Below are positions 1-11,124 of a stretch of 41,370 bases of DNA, piece by piece. The notes below the pieces were generated by a model, which was not told the DNA's origin, did not search any database, and saw only the letters and a program-made list of their open reading frames with translations. The stretch lies in the NCBI GenBank assembly GCA_001687465.1, contig LVLI01000482.1, positions 1 through 41,370 on the forward strand, read 5' to 3'. Source of the stretch: Halocafeteria seosinensis (Eukaryota). The translations under genes and the position numbers were made by a program. Positions within the stretch are counted from its first letter, which is position 1. The number at the start of each line of letters is the position of its first letter.

Positions 1-210
1 TATGGAGACTCTCTGAACGCAATTAATTGGGCGCAAGGAACGTTTGCCTGTAATTCACCCCACCTGNNGNCTNNCNTGGATGATGCATAATCGAAACACT
101 TGAGCGTTTGCGGGAGCAGCCACAGGTGAAGTCTATCTCGCTGCATCATGTTCCTCGCGAGGAAAACACGGAGGCTGACCGTCTAGCTAACGAGGCAATC
201 GATCGGAAAG
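1..210 (+). mobile_element. RNase H fragment (archaeal-like / RVT_3 type), retroelement-derived, 5'-truncated by the window edge
   Basis: Manual translation gives YGDSLNAINWAQGTFACNSPHL (1-66). After ambiguous bases, LHHVPREENTEADRLANEAIDR (about 140-207) matches the GDS...HVPRExNxxADxLAN pattern of archaeal-type RNase HI. Confidence 0.8.
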
Positions 211-275
211 ACATCATGTTTTGTAATGATTCTACAGGGGAATATTTCGTGGGGGATCCGAACTCCCTTTAAACT

Positions 276-358
276 CGTTAGGGGAGTATAACCACATGAA
301 TATACAATAATCTTACGTTAGGGGAGTATTTCCGTATAACCACATGAATATACAATAA
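276..358. repeat. Imperfect tandem duplication at the RNase H / RT junction
   Basis: CGTTAGGGGAGTA-TAACCACATGAATATACAATAA at 276-310 recurs at 316-358 with an 8-nt insertion. Confidence 0.9.
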
Positions 359-371
359 ATAAATAATAAAG

Positions 372-1107
372 TTCCACCCCCGCCTCCCATGCTGAGGCAA
401 TATACGCTGCGGTTGAGATAGAGGAGGCTTTAACCAGTCCTAATCCGCCATAGCGCAAAGGTAAATGGATCTGATGACATCTATTCACTTTATCAGCGTC
501 CTGAAACTCTTTCGCTCCAAGCAGCAAATGGGTAACTTCCACGACGGCATTGTCAAAGGCCACTGTGGCTCGAGTACGGTGATGAGGAGGAACCGTCCGT
601 AAAACGTAATTAATTGCAGGAATCACTGAGTCTCTGAGGAGAATATAACGACTTTGTACCGGCACAGACGTCTCGGTTTGGACGAGGAGGAGCTTCTTCA
701 TCTCTCGCACTTTCCTTAGACACCAATCACCTTCAATCTGTGGAGTACCAACTGGGGAGCCCAGCGATTCCAACCCATCATAAACAATACGCAAATTTCC
801 ATCATTTTGGTCTACGATGTCGCGTTGATTCTCTGGAACCAGCAAAGCCGACTTGCACTGATTAACCTGAAGACCACAATTCCCCGCCAATTCCTGAAAT
901 CTCTGCGCTACTGCCTCCAAGTCCCTAACTGATCCGGCCACTGTTACGTCATCGAGATAAGCGTACAGATTAATATCGGGAAACTCCTGAAGAAGTTGCT
1001 CCAAAAGATGCTGTATTCCTATAGCGAAAAACGCCGGCCCCAAAGGGTCGCCCTGGCGAACTCCTTCTCGGGAAGTGGTAAGGACATCTCCTTTATACCA
1101 TACCGGT
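372..1107 (-). mobile_element. Non-LTR retrotransposon reverse transcriptase fragment (CRE-like RLE clade), truncated at both ends
   Basis: The frame reads PVWYKGDVLTTSREGVRQGDPLGPAFFA...LYAYLDDVTVAG...GLQVNQCKS...LGSPVG...LPLRYGGLGL. GVxQGDPLGP, AYLDD and LPxRxGGLG are typical of CRE/R2-like RTs. Confidence 0.9.
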
Positions 1108-1134
1108 ATTGGAGCAAGGAGATGTCCAAGCCGG

Positions 1135-1440
1135 ACGGTTCCGCAAGTCCGAGAGAAAGTCCAATCCTTTCCTTCCTATACCCCCAAGAGTCTGAAAAAC
1201 CAGCGGCAAAAACCTCTTGTGAGCCTCCTGGCAAACTCCATCGTACTTACGATATTGCATCCTTTCACTGCCGTTGCCGCAGTCGAAGATAAGTTTCGTT
1301 GAGCTCCAACCGCTGACGGACTTGTGACGCAAACATCCAACACAAGAGGACCCTGTGGTTGCACAACTTCTACATCTCCTCTCATGCTACTGCCCTGCTT
1401 AACCAGATGCTCCTTTTCCACCACAAGACACCAAGACGAG
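1135..1440 (-). mobile_element. Restriction-like endonuclease (RLE) domain fragment of a non-LTR element, frameshifted
   Basis: VVEKEHLVKQGSSMRGDVEVVQPQGPLVLDVCVTSP (ORF 1176-1475) continues in another frame as RKYDGVCQEAHKRFLPLVFQTLGGIG (ORF 1093-1332). This fits the RxD...DVxV...KY...FxPxxxxTxGG pattern of RLE C-termini. Confidence 0.75.
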
Positions 1441-1544
1441 AGAATAGTGGTCCTAAAAAGAAAATAAATACACAAACCCTGGAGAATTTGGGGTCACTCC
1501 GAGAGTAAGTTTGTTCCCCCACGGCGCATGTCAGCAAGGCTGCA

Positions 1545-1651
1545 GGAACAGCGGGCCCGTCGCTGCTTAACACGGGCGCTTACCGCTCCTCGTTAAGAGG
1601 ATGTGGTCAACTTCCCGGCCGGTGGGCTATCTGTCACATTTGTGTGTGTGT
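1545..1651 (+). repeat. Dispersed structured cassette, copy 1 (pseudoknot, hairpin, conserved terminus, (TG)5)
   Basis: Alignable to 40208-40297. The terminus CCGGTGGGCTATCTGTCACATTTGTGTG is also found at 40755-40805. Confidence 0.8.
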
Positions 1652-1859
1652 AAGTTTAGGAATTCATTTTCCTCAATCTTTGTAGGAGTAAATACACACT
1701 ACTGCTTTGGCGTGGATGGTCTTGTCCAAGTTATCAGTGACACTGATGAGACAGAATGTCCGCATGATCGAGGAGTTCTGTCTCCACTTCCTCCAGAGTG
1801 CGTAGATAGCTGGTAGGACCAGGTAGGGTAGACATAGGAGTCCGATAGTTCTTGGGAAG

Positions 1860-1863
<4 letters not shown>

Positions 1864-1899
<36 letters not shown>
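1864..1899. repeat. (AC)18 microsatellite
   Basis: Perfect dinucleotide run seen directly. Confidence 0.98.
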
Positions 1900-1901
<2 letters not shown>

Positions 1902-2585
1902 TAACAGTTACTCTATGAATTCACATTCCTCCGCTTTCGATTGGGTTGTCAACTAATGAAGCGGGTTGCCGATGACACTTTGGCGTGGAAGTAGGCAGTA
2001 GGTACGCTATGAATCCACATTTATTTTGGCCTTTCCTCAGACTCCTGTGCAGTAACTTGGGCAGCCGCCTTTCGCCCCTTTGCCGGGAGACGCAGTTGAA
2101 TCTCTTCGTCCAGTATCTGCATCACCGTCGCGTTTCCAACGGGAACCCGAACCGGTACTTGCTCCTCGCTACCTGTTTCTGTGATGAGAGCCCTCCGTTC
2201 CTCCAGGTCCGGTTCGGCCCCGTTCTGAATTTTGATTTTGACGTGCCCTACTTAATATACTACTGGGACAGGGTTCGCTCTCGACTGACTCCCAGTGCAC
2301 TACACTAAACTTAAGTTAAATACAATATTTACTACGAAATTTCAAAATCACTGGCAGTAGTTGATGTCTAATATTCCCCGTTTCTTGGAAGGACATAACA
2401 CTGTTGTCATGTAGCAGTGTGAGGATCCAATTTAACCAGAGACTTGTGTGTTAATTCATCGAGTCACAGCCAACAACTCTTATCCGCTAGCTTGGAACCA
2501 GACAGACAGGCCTCAAGATAATAACAGCACTAGCGACACGTTGACCTAGCTTTCAAACGGTGATTATGTCATTTCGAGCACATGC

Positions 2586-5500
2586 CTACCCAGAGGCATT
2601 CGAGACGGACGACTCAGTTCTCTCACATTCGATTACAACATGGTTAGCTGCAGTCTCGTCATCCCGCAACCAAGACCGATGGTCACGCTGTGGATATATG
2701 GTGTTTTCATTGTTACCATTCGGGAACATTCGCACCATCGATTGGTGATATGATAAAGGAGTACCGCGCATATCAGAAACGTTCTTAAATGCAAGCATTC
2801 GTAAGTCTCCCGAGCTTTTGTTCTGTTTAGCGAGCCTCTGTGGCTGCGGATAGGGTGGAGCACGAACTTGCTCTTTCGTCTCACGAGTATCCACCGCAGC
2901 ATGTTCCGGAATAGGGGAAGGTGGTGAAGCTTCGGACCTCTCGACCGAATGAAACTCCCGTTTCTTGGTCCCCTTACTCTTCTTTTGTGAATGTGATTTC
3001 AACACCTCAAGGCTACACATTTGCCCTGAACTGTATCCCCGCGTTTTCCCCCGTATCGTCCCATCAGCTACATTGGAATAGTTCAAATTTCGGGAATGTT
3101 GCCATGCCGCAACCAGCTCTGAGAAATACTCGGTGTCCACATCTCTACGCATTCTTTGTAAAGACACAAACGTATGGCACCGGTCTAACACTAGTGCTTG
3201 TGAGCTACAGCAATTTTTTGCTCCTTCAATCAATGACACTGTGTGTGCGTCCGTTCTCTCAAGATTGACATTGGCACGGAGCCTTGTTTTCCCACTCAGA
3301 CCGACGCTCAGCGTCGGCAGGACGGCGAGATAGATGCAGTCGGCACTGTAAGATCTCGGGCGACTGTTGGGATGCTTTCGCTTCAGCTTCAACGGTACAT
3401 AGTTGCCATCTTGTGTCGAATTGGGTTCAGAACCGGGGGAAGAAGCACGGTCAAACTCCTCGTCCTCCGCAATGCCTGTATACTCGCTTGGGGGAGACTG
3501 GCGGGTATAAGTCTCGTTGCCATTTTTAATGCCGTTATATTGTTCTTCGTCTCCACCACTGTAGGCTTGGCTGTAGTTCAGTCGTTGAAGATGTTTGTGA
3601 AGCTTGATTGACTCCATGATCCGAGAGTGCGCATCGTCAAACATCGTTGCAAAGTGTAACGGTATTACGAGAAGCCGTGTACCTTCAGAGAACCATAATT
3701 CCTTCTTATTTTCGTCAATAAAATCGAAAGCGCGTTTCTCAAGGATAAATTCTTCATCAGGTAAGTTACAGCTATGCGAAAATGCTTCCCGCTTATGCTG
3801 GTGATAGTAAGGATCAAAAGACTCTGGCCATGGGCTTCCTTCCCTATCCACCGGTTCGTCGACCTGGACGCTGTCCTTGCCCTTGCACCCAGCCTTACCC
3901 CATGGCGTACAACCACCGTCTTCCAAAGGTGGGGTGTCTCCTCTATCCTCAACATCAATTTGGGGAAGTCTGAAATCACTGTCTCGTAATCGAGAATCTA
4001 GTCTTACGGCGTCCTCCAGCAGACGAAGGGCTCTCTTTCGATTTCTGGGTCTAATCAATGCTCCCGTTAGTAAAATGGCCTTCCCATTCAACGTAACAGG
4101 GCGCTTAGCCTCCGGACGCAGCAAGTGTGCTTCCGCTAGCACTTGCCGGATTTGAGCTGGACGAAGTTTGGCAAACTCTTTCAGTTTCGTTTCAGCAAGC
4201 ACGACACCTGACATGCGGGCAAGAGCTTCCTCTAGAGGCTGTACCTTCCTGAGTGGGCCTCCTTGGGGATCTGGCGCGCTCTTTAGCAACGGGAAAATGT
4301 TACGAGCGCTCAAATAGACAGCGATCACAGGGCTCTCAGTTACAGCACTGACGATATTTGGTTGACCGGTTAACATCGACAAGAGCCCGACAACGGAGCC
4401 CTTCATTACTCTGTCCACCACCTCGGTAGAATCTCGCAATTCGTCAGTGAAGTGAGTGAAAAACCCAGATCCACTGGAATGCTTGCGAGCCTTAATCTGA
4501 ATAGAGTTTAGCGTAGAGTTGATCTTCTCAGCAAAAATCCCTGACTTTGACCTCGGAGCACTAATCGCACTCTCAGCATCATCGTCGACATTATCGAGGG
4601 TGTACCTTCCCGCAGTCGTCCTATCGGCATGATACAAGGTACCGGGAACAGTACCGTCAGGGGTGTCCTCTTCGTCTTGGACTATTTGACGCCTAAGGGC
4701 GACAGTCCCCCGTAGAATAATATAACAGCCCTTTGAGCGCTCACCTTCCCCGAAGAGGAGCTCGTTCTCCTTAAAGACGACTCGTTTCGAAGCCCGATAT
4801 AGCTGGTGAAACGTAGCATCATCCAGTTTCGATAGATAACCTACTTCACGCAGCATTGTCTTCTCGTCGGCTATGCTACTTGTTGGGAGCCATAACTTCT
4901 TCCATGTATCTTCGATTTTCTTCTTAATTATTCCATGCTCCTTCATATCAATTTCTCCATGACGGAGCAGTTCATTTGACGTACATTCTGAATTGCGGAG
5001 CAGTGATTGGACAATGTGTTTCGTCTTGATGGCACGAGTAATTTCCCCGAAGGATTCCTGCATATCATCCACTTTCCGCTGAGCTTCCATCACTACTCTC
5101 TCGTTTTCAGACAAAATGAATTTCCGCGCGGTACGGCTCTCAACAATTTCTTTGAAAAGAATTTCAACAGATTTGTGCGCAGTCACAAAACCAGCAGCCA
5201 AGTCGAATTCGAATGATAGTGAGTTGAAAAGCACCTTATCTCCTCCACAAGCTGCAAACCTTGATACAAGTCTACGGAAGTTAGAAGGCTCGAAGAATCT
5301 TGTCAAATAGCTCCAGTCGTGTAGCGGGTAGCTCGTTCTATCCTGAGCTGAGGCGGCTGCTTCGTGCAGCTGTGAGAATGAAGTTCCATGTAACGAGCCA
5401 TTTTCGTACATCTCCCAATACTGGCTCTTCAAGAGGTCATAAAACCGTTGGCGGGCTTCCTGCAAAAATGCATCTTCCGGAATTTCCCTAAAGGAGGAAC

Positions 5501-7256
5501 ATTGTCTCCTTAGTTGGGCGTGATGGTCCTCGAAAACAGCAAGTGAGGGATCCGCCGCCGACTCGTCCATATCAAGGTTGGTTCTGCAACGGTTCATCAA
5601 TCTCCTGCATGGGGAGCATAACGTTGTGGATAGATAGTCCGACCATCCTCTTGCTCTGTGTTCCCCCGACTTCTGGTGTTCCTCCAAGGAAGACAACAAG
5701 CCTTGCAAGACTTCTTCCACCTTCTTCCAATCCGCATCGAAGTAAAATTCGTGATGCTTGTATGAATTTATCTCTTCTCTTTGGTTCTCGTCCAAATGCT
5801 TGACGGCGCTCCCAAACACAGTCTGTCGAGCTTTGCTCTCTGAAGAGAGGCCTAATTTCCGGATTACCCATGCCGCAGTGGTGCCGTTTATGAGCAGGGT
5901 TAATGCCGCAATACCAGCCATGTGGAATAGAAATCGAACCCTCGTAAGATGGTCAATTTTCTTGTCTTCATCGACGAGAAGCGCCAGAATCAAGCCAACG
6001 GCGCCTCTTAGTCCGGAATAAGAAAGCATCGCAGTTTCTCTTAATGATATCCCGTATGCGATGTGAGTCATGGCCGGACGTAGAACCAAAATGGATACGG
6101 CTCTGATTACATGAAGAATAATATACAGCGCAAATAAGTATCCAAAATCTTTAGCTCGAATATCGTCGCCAAGAAGACCTTGCTCAATGATAATGAATCC
6201 AGTCAAAGTGAAAACCAATGTGTTGGCAAAGTAGTCAAGCATTTCCCAAAAAGTGTGTAGCGTTTCATGCTCTCGGATTGCAGTCTTGCCTCCGCTTGCC
6301 ATGGTGAGGCCCAGTGCTACAACAGCCAGAACGGCTGCGACATGAACAGGGGTCATTTCCCCGAGATAAAAGGTACCGTATGCAGCCACTACCGTGAGAG
6401 TTGTTTGCGACATCACGTCGAACTGCATCCGATTCAAGACAAATATAACTGCAATTCCAATAATGCACCCCAGCAAAGGCCCTCCAAGTGAGAGCTGCGC
6501 GAAAAATCCAATGGCTTCTCCTACGGGCAGTGCTTCGCCTCGCATCGATTCCCGGAATACCAAGAAAATGACAAAAGCGGACCCATCATTGAATAGTGAT
6601 TCTCCTTCCACCAGAAGACTCAGCTGCGTACTAACCCCCAGTTTCTTGGCGAGTGCAACGATGGCGACCGGGTCCGTAGCAGCCAGCATGGCTCCAAACG
6701 CGACGCTAGTGCTGAAACTGAACCCATAGTCAAAGCCAACAAAAGCAAAAACCGCTGTCAGCAAAGTCGCGATGACAACTCCTGGAACCGCCAACAAAAG
6801 CATCTGGGGAATCTGTCGAGAGAAGATGTGGAAATCCACGGATGCGGCACTGCCAAAGATCAAAGCAGGAAGAAAGATGAACATCAATTTTTCAGCCCCG
6901 AGATCGCTCCACACAATAGCCGAATCTCCAAGAGCACCTAAATCAGCAAACTTCTCAAGGGCCCCCAAAATGATGCCCAGGATGAGCAACACGACCGTGT
7001 AGGGAATGCGGTGGTACTCTTGGGTCGAGCGCAGAAGAACACCAGCGAACAGCGCTGCCACCAAGAATAACCCACCCCCTGTGGCATCATGGACGAAGGA
7101 GCGTTCCGCAGAGAGTTCACGTGCCAAAGACTTTCCAGTGTCCGTCGTGAGCGTGCGCTGTACCGCGCTTATCTCTGCTGCTTGTAGACGCGGGAACCAA
7201 GCAAATGCTGACACCAAAAAAGCAAACCACGGCCAGCACGATCCCGTTCGCGTCAT
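2586..7256 (-). CDS. SOS1: SOS1-like (CPA1) Na+/H+ antiporter with long cytosolic tail and cyclic-nucleotide-binding-like domain
   Basis: The long ORF has about 12 hydrophobic helices with LAATDPVAIVAL, EGESLFNDGSA and SGLRGAVGL. SOS1-type tail motifs include EARQRF...QYWEMYENG and RAIKTK. A CNBD-like FKENELLFGEGERSKGCYIILRGTV follows. The likely start is ATG 7256 (MTRTGSCWPWF, signal-like). An in-frame intron near the 3' end cannot be excluded. Confidence 0.92.
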   Translation of the reverse strand: MTRTGSCWPWFAFLVSAFAWFPRLQAAEISAVQRTLTTDTGKSLARELSAERSFVHDATGGGLFLVAALFAGVLLRSTQEYHRIPYTVVLLILGIILGALEKFADLGALGDSAIVWSDLGAEKLMFIFLPALIFGSAASVDFHIFSRQIPQMLLLAVPGVVIATLLTAVFAFVGFDYGFSFSTSVAFGAMLAATDPVAIVALAKKLGVSTQLSLLVEGESLFNDGSAFVIFLVFRESMRGEALPVGEAIGFFAQLSLGGPLLGCIIGIAVIFVLNRMQFDVMSQTTLTVVAAYGTFYLGEMTPVHVAAVLAVVALGLTMASGGKTAIREHETLHTFWEMLDYFANTLVFTLTGFIIIEQGLLGDDIRAKDFGYLFALYIILHVIRAVSILVLRPAMTHIAYGISLRETAMLSYSGLRGAVGLILALLVDEDKKIDHLTRVRFLFHMAGIAALTLLINGTTAAWVIRKLGLSSESKARQTVFGSAVKHLDENQREEINSYKHHEFYFDADWKKVEEVLQGLLSSLEEHQKSGEHRARGWSDYLSTTLCSPCRRLMNRCRTNLDMDESAADPSLAVFEDHHAQLRRQCSSFREIPEDAFLQEARQRFYDLLKSQYWEMYENGSLHGTSFSQLHEAAASAQDRTSYPLHDWSYLTRFFEPSNFRRLVSRFAACGGDKVLFNSLSFEFDLAAGFVTAHKSVEILFKEIVESRTARKFILSENERVVMEAQRKVDDMQESFGEITRAIKTKHIVQSLLRNSECTSNELLRHGEIDMKEHGIIKKKIEDTWKKLWLPTSSIADEKTMLREVGYLSKLDDATFHQLYRASKRVVFKENELLFGEGERSKGCYIILRGTVALRRQIVQDEEDTPDGTVPGTLYHADRTTAGRYTLDNVDDDAESAISAPRSKSGIFAEKINSTLNSIQIKARKHSSGSGFFTHFTDELRDSTEVVDRVMKGSVVGLLSMLTGQPNIVSAVTESPVIAVYLSARNIFPLLKSAPDPQGGPLRKVQPLEEALARMSGVVLAETKLKEFAKLRPAQIRQVLAEAHLLRPEAKRPVTLNGKAILLTGALIRPRNRKRALRLLEDAVRLDSRLRDSDFRLPQIDVEDRGDTPPLEDGGCTPWGKAGCKGKDSVQVDEPVDREGSPWPESFDPYYHQHKREAFSHSCNLPDEEFILEKRAFDFIDENKKELWFSEGTRLLVIPLHFATMFDDAHSRIMESIKLHKHLQRLNYSQAYSGGDEEQYNGIKNGNETYTRQSPPSEYTGIAEDEEFDRASSPGSEPNSTQDGNYVPLKLKRKHPNSRPRSYSADCIYLAVLPTLSVGLSGKTRLRANVNLERTDAHTVSLIEGAKNCCSSQALVLDRCHTFVSLQRMRRDVDTEYFSELVAAWQHSRNLNYSNVADGTIRGKTRGYSSGQMCSLEVLKSHSQKKSKGTKKREFHSVERSEASPPSPIPEHAAVDTRETKEQVRAPPYPQPQRLAKQNKSSGDLRMLAFKNVSDMRGTPLSYHQSMVRMFPNGNNENTIYPQRDHRSWLRDDETAANHVVIECERTESSVSNASG

Positions 7257-7709
7257 TTTACTCACACAAACAACTACACAGTTGGGATGCACTCCCTCTG
7301 CAGCATATATCACTGCGTATGCACTGTGTATGGCAATGGAAAGGAAGAGGGGTTTCGACAAAGAAATAGCGTTAGTGAATGCATTCAACGACAACAATAA
7401 ATACACCCTTTGCTCGTGACAGTCACAATAATAATGTAACGAATCGGGAACTTTCTTCTGTCCAATAATTGCGTGCACACCATCAAAGTCCCCGTAGAAC
7501 ACTGTGTTGAAAGCTTCGACAGAAGCATGATGACCCGGCCGGGCCCGGGACTACGGGAGTTCACAAGAGTTGGAATACTGGGTTGTACGCCAGATATTCG
7601 AATCGTATAAATGTTGATGGAATGAACTTAGTCACTTAAAAACTCGCTACGGGAACTGAGCTGGTATTTCGTTTTCTCATTTCATGTTTTGCCCTCCTGA
7701 AAGTGGAGA

Positions 7710-8409
7710 ATGCAAGTTCCACGGGAGACATTGGACTGGGAAGCGTTAGACAGGCTGGATGAACGGCGTTTGGAGAGCTTGGAGCAGTTAAGCTCGCGTG
7801 AACGAAGGCAGTTAGACAGTATGGTTTTATATGGAGATGCATCTGCCGCGGCGCCGTCGCCCGGCAATCGCACAGCTGTATCTGCTCTCCGTGCGCAGCA
7901 GCTGTTGGCGTTAAGCGCTCAATACGTCGTTGGATGTCAGGTAGGCAATTCATATATGCAAAATCTGCTCCCTTTGGATCCTGTACAGCTCTGTGGTTAG
8001 TTTGCAGAATCAATTAGAGGAAGAGGAGGCAGAATTGGACAGGCAAATAGAAGAAATGCAACAGCAGCAAGAGCAGTCACCAGGAAAATCACGGGAAGAT
8101 GACAACGTAAGTGATTGCTGTCCCGTTTTCGAGGACAAATCCAGAGGCTTGAATCTTTGTTGGATCCTGAAATATCGTCTTGTACAGGAGGAGTACGATT
8201 GGAGCAAAGATCGGCTTCGAGCAAAGGTGGAGGAAATGGAAAATCTCCATGCATTTGTCGAGAGAACAAAGCCGGAGCTGGCTGCCCGACTGTTTGTGGA
8301 TAAGCATGGCAAGCTAAAAGTGCGTTCAGCTAATAAAGACAAATCCGAAAACCAAGCTTCAGAGAATATTGTGGAGGAGGCCGCTGCTGCTGGGGATGAA
8401 CATACATGA
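7710..8409 (+). CDS. Small coiled-coil protein with weak resemblance to the Dzip1/Iguana N-terminal domain (3 exons)
   Basis: Exons 7710-7940, 8008-8106 and 8188-8409 are joined by in-phase GT-AG introns. RETLDWEALDRLD...ALRAQQLLALSAQYVVGCQ resembles the Dzip-like_N pattern, and an E/Q-rich coil follows. Confidence 0.55.
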
Positions 8410-8608
8410 ACTGAACTCGTCTCTCGGGACGAAGCAACACTAAAACACACTAGACTGCATAAAAGGACGATAACTTAGTAATAAGGAGATGAGACTGAGG
8501 AGGTTCGACGGTTATCTACTTGAAATTGACAATGACAGTGGAGTACTATTGGTAATCACATCAGTGTGAAGGCCAGCCTGGTTTGCAAGGGCATGCCACA
8601 GCTCGGTT

Positions 8609-10138
<1,530 letters not shown>

Positions 10139-10659
10139 TTCGGCTCAAAAATCTGCGTACAGGAGGAAAGATAGCTCGTCTTTGATACTTCCTCGATTGC
10201 AACGTTATGAGAGAAATGCAAGCCATATAGCCAAAAGATGGATCATATGACCTTTGCATCGTTCAGACAAGAGGACATAGAGAAGCACAGCAGACGTAGC
10301 TCCATGATAGAGGATACACCACCTACCTGGGCACCCACTCACTCGGGGAAACAACTACAGCAGTCTCAGCTCAACGAGCTCTATTGTTCCACAAACACTG
10401 ATGTCTTGAAGAACGACTACGTATGTTCATGTTACAATGGCAGTGATAAAACTCTGCCTTTGATAACATCGACGCCGCAATGTCGCAGAGAGGGGTTTGT
10501 GAAGTTGGAGGAAGAAGTCCAGGGCCTCCCGGCATTGATCAGACAGTCTAATACACCCTTGGGGTTCTAAGCAGGCAAATAACTAAGTAAGTATCAGTCG
10601 ACAACATTACACAGCGTAACTAAAGCTCGCAGAAGGCTCTGATCAGGAGGGAAACTAGT

Positions 10660-10667
10660 AAAAAAAA
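10660..10667 (-). terminator. RNA polymerase III oligo-dT terminator of the tRNA
   Basis: T8 run on the minus strand immediately after the tRNA discriminator base. Confidence 0.85.
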
Positions 10668-10760
10668 TGCGCCCGATGGGATTTGAACCCACGACCTTCG
10701 GTAAACTAAAAGTACAGTCATTTCATAAGACCGACGCAATAGCCACTATGCTACGGGCGC
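10668..10760 (-). tRNA. tRNA-Ile(UAU) with a 20-nt intron at the canonical 37/38 position
   Basis: The reverse complement folds with acceptor GCGCCCG/CGGGCGC plus A, D-arm TAGCATAGTGGCTATTGC, anticodon stem TCGGT/ACCGA with loop CT-TAT-G[intron 10723-10704]T, and T-arm GTGGG-TTCAAAT-CCCAT. Confidence 0.93.
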
Positions 10761-11124
10761 TCAGCGTGTTTTCGGCGCGGTTTGTCTTATTTAGTATACT
10801 GACGGAGACTTCGCAAATTTCTTCCGTACGAAATTACTGATATTGAGAGGATTGTAGATAATTTCTGCCATATGATCCTACGCAACGATGTTTGAAACCA
10901 TTTAGTTTATAGTGAATACGGCGCCATTGCATAATATTTCTTTATTATTCAACATATTCTCGGCAATGGCGGGCATAGCCTCGTAGACACGAGTTTTCTT
11001 CAGGTACACTCTTGATAGATGGAACTTCATACGTGATTTTGGTATTTTGCGGTCTTGTAGATGCCCAGTGATGGGGCGTGCTGGGAAACAGTAGCTCCCG
11101 GGCACTCGTGCATTTATCTACATC

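Noticed and set aside
278..326. TTAGGG as a telomeric repeat
   Set aside because: Only two isolated hexamers, both inside a local duplication, with no tandem array.
1545..1620. HDV-like or twister ribozyme assignment for the structured cassette
   Set aside because: There is no upstream P1 partner or HDV-type L3. The twister GAG element and P4 closure are absent despite the TAAC and GCCGGT resemblance.
1673..1899. ORFs beginning VCVCVC (also at 40747-40966)
   Set aside because: They are translation artefacts of (TG)n microsatellites.
1985..2308. 107-aa ORF and an open minus-strand frame in the same region
   Set aside because: No motif or coherent exon structure. It may be TE debris but that is unsupported.
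7257..7502. N-terminal extension of the antiporter ORF from a GTG start
   Set aside because: Non-ATG start in a eukaryote. ATG 7256 gives a signal-like N-terminus.
10238..10570. 110-aa ORF between the kinase and the tRNA
   Set aside because: No recognisable motif, and the intron-like GTATGT..CAG does not give a convincing product.
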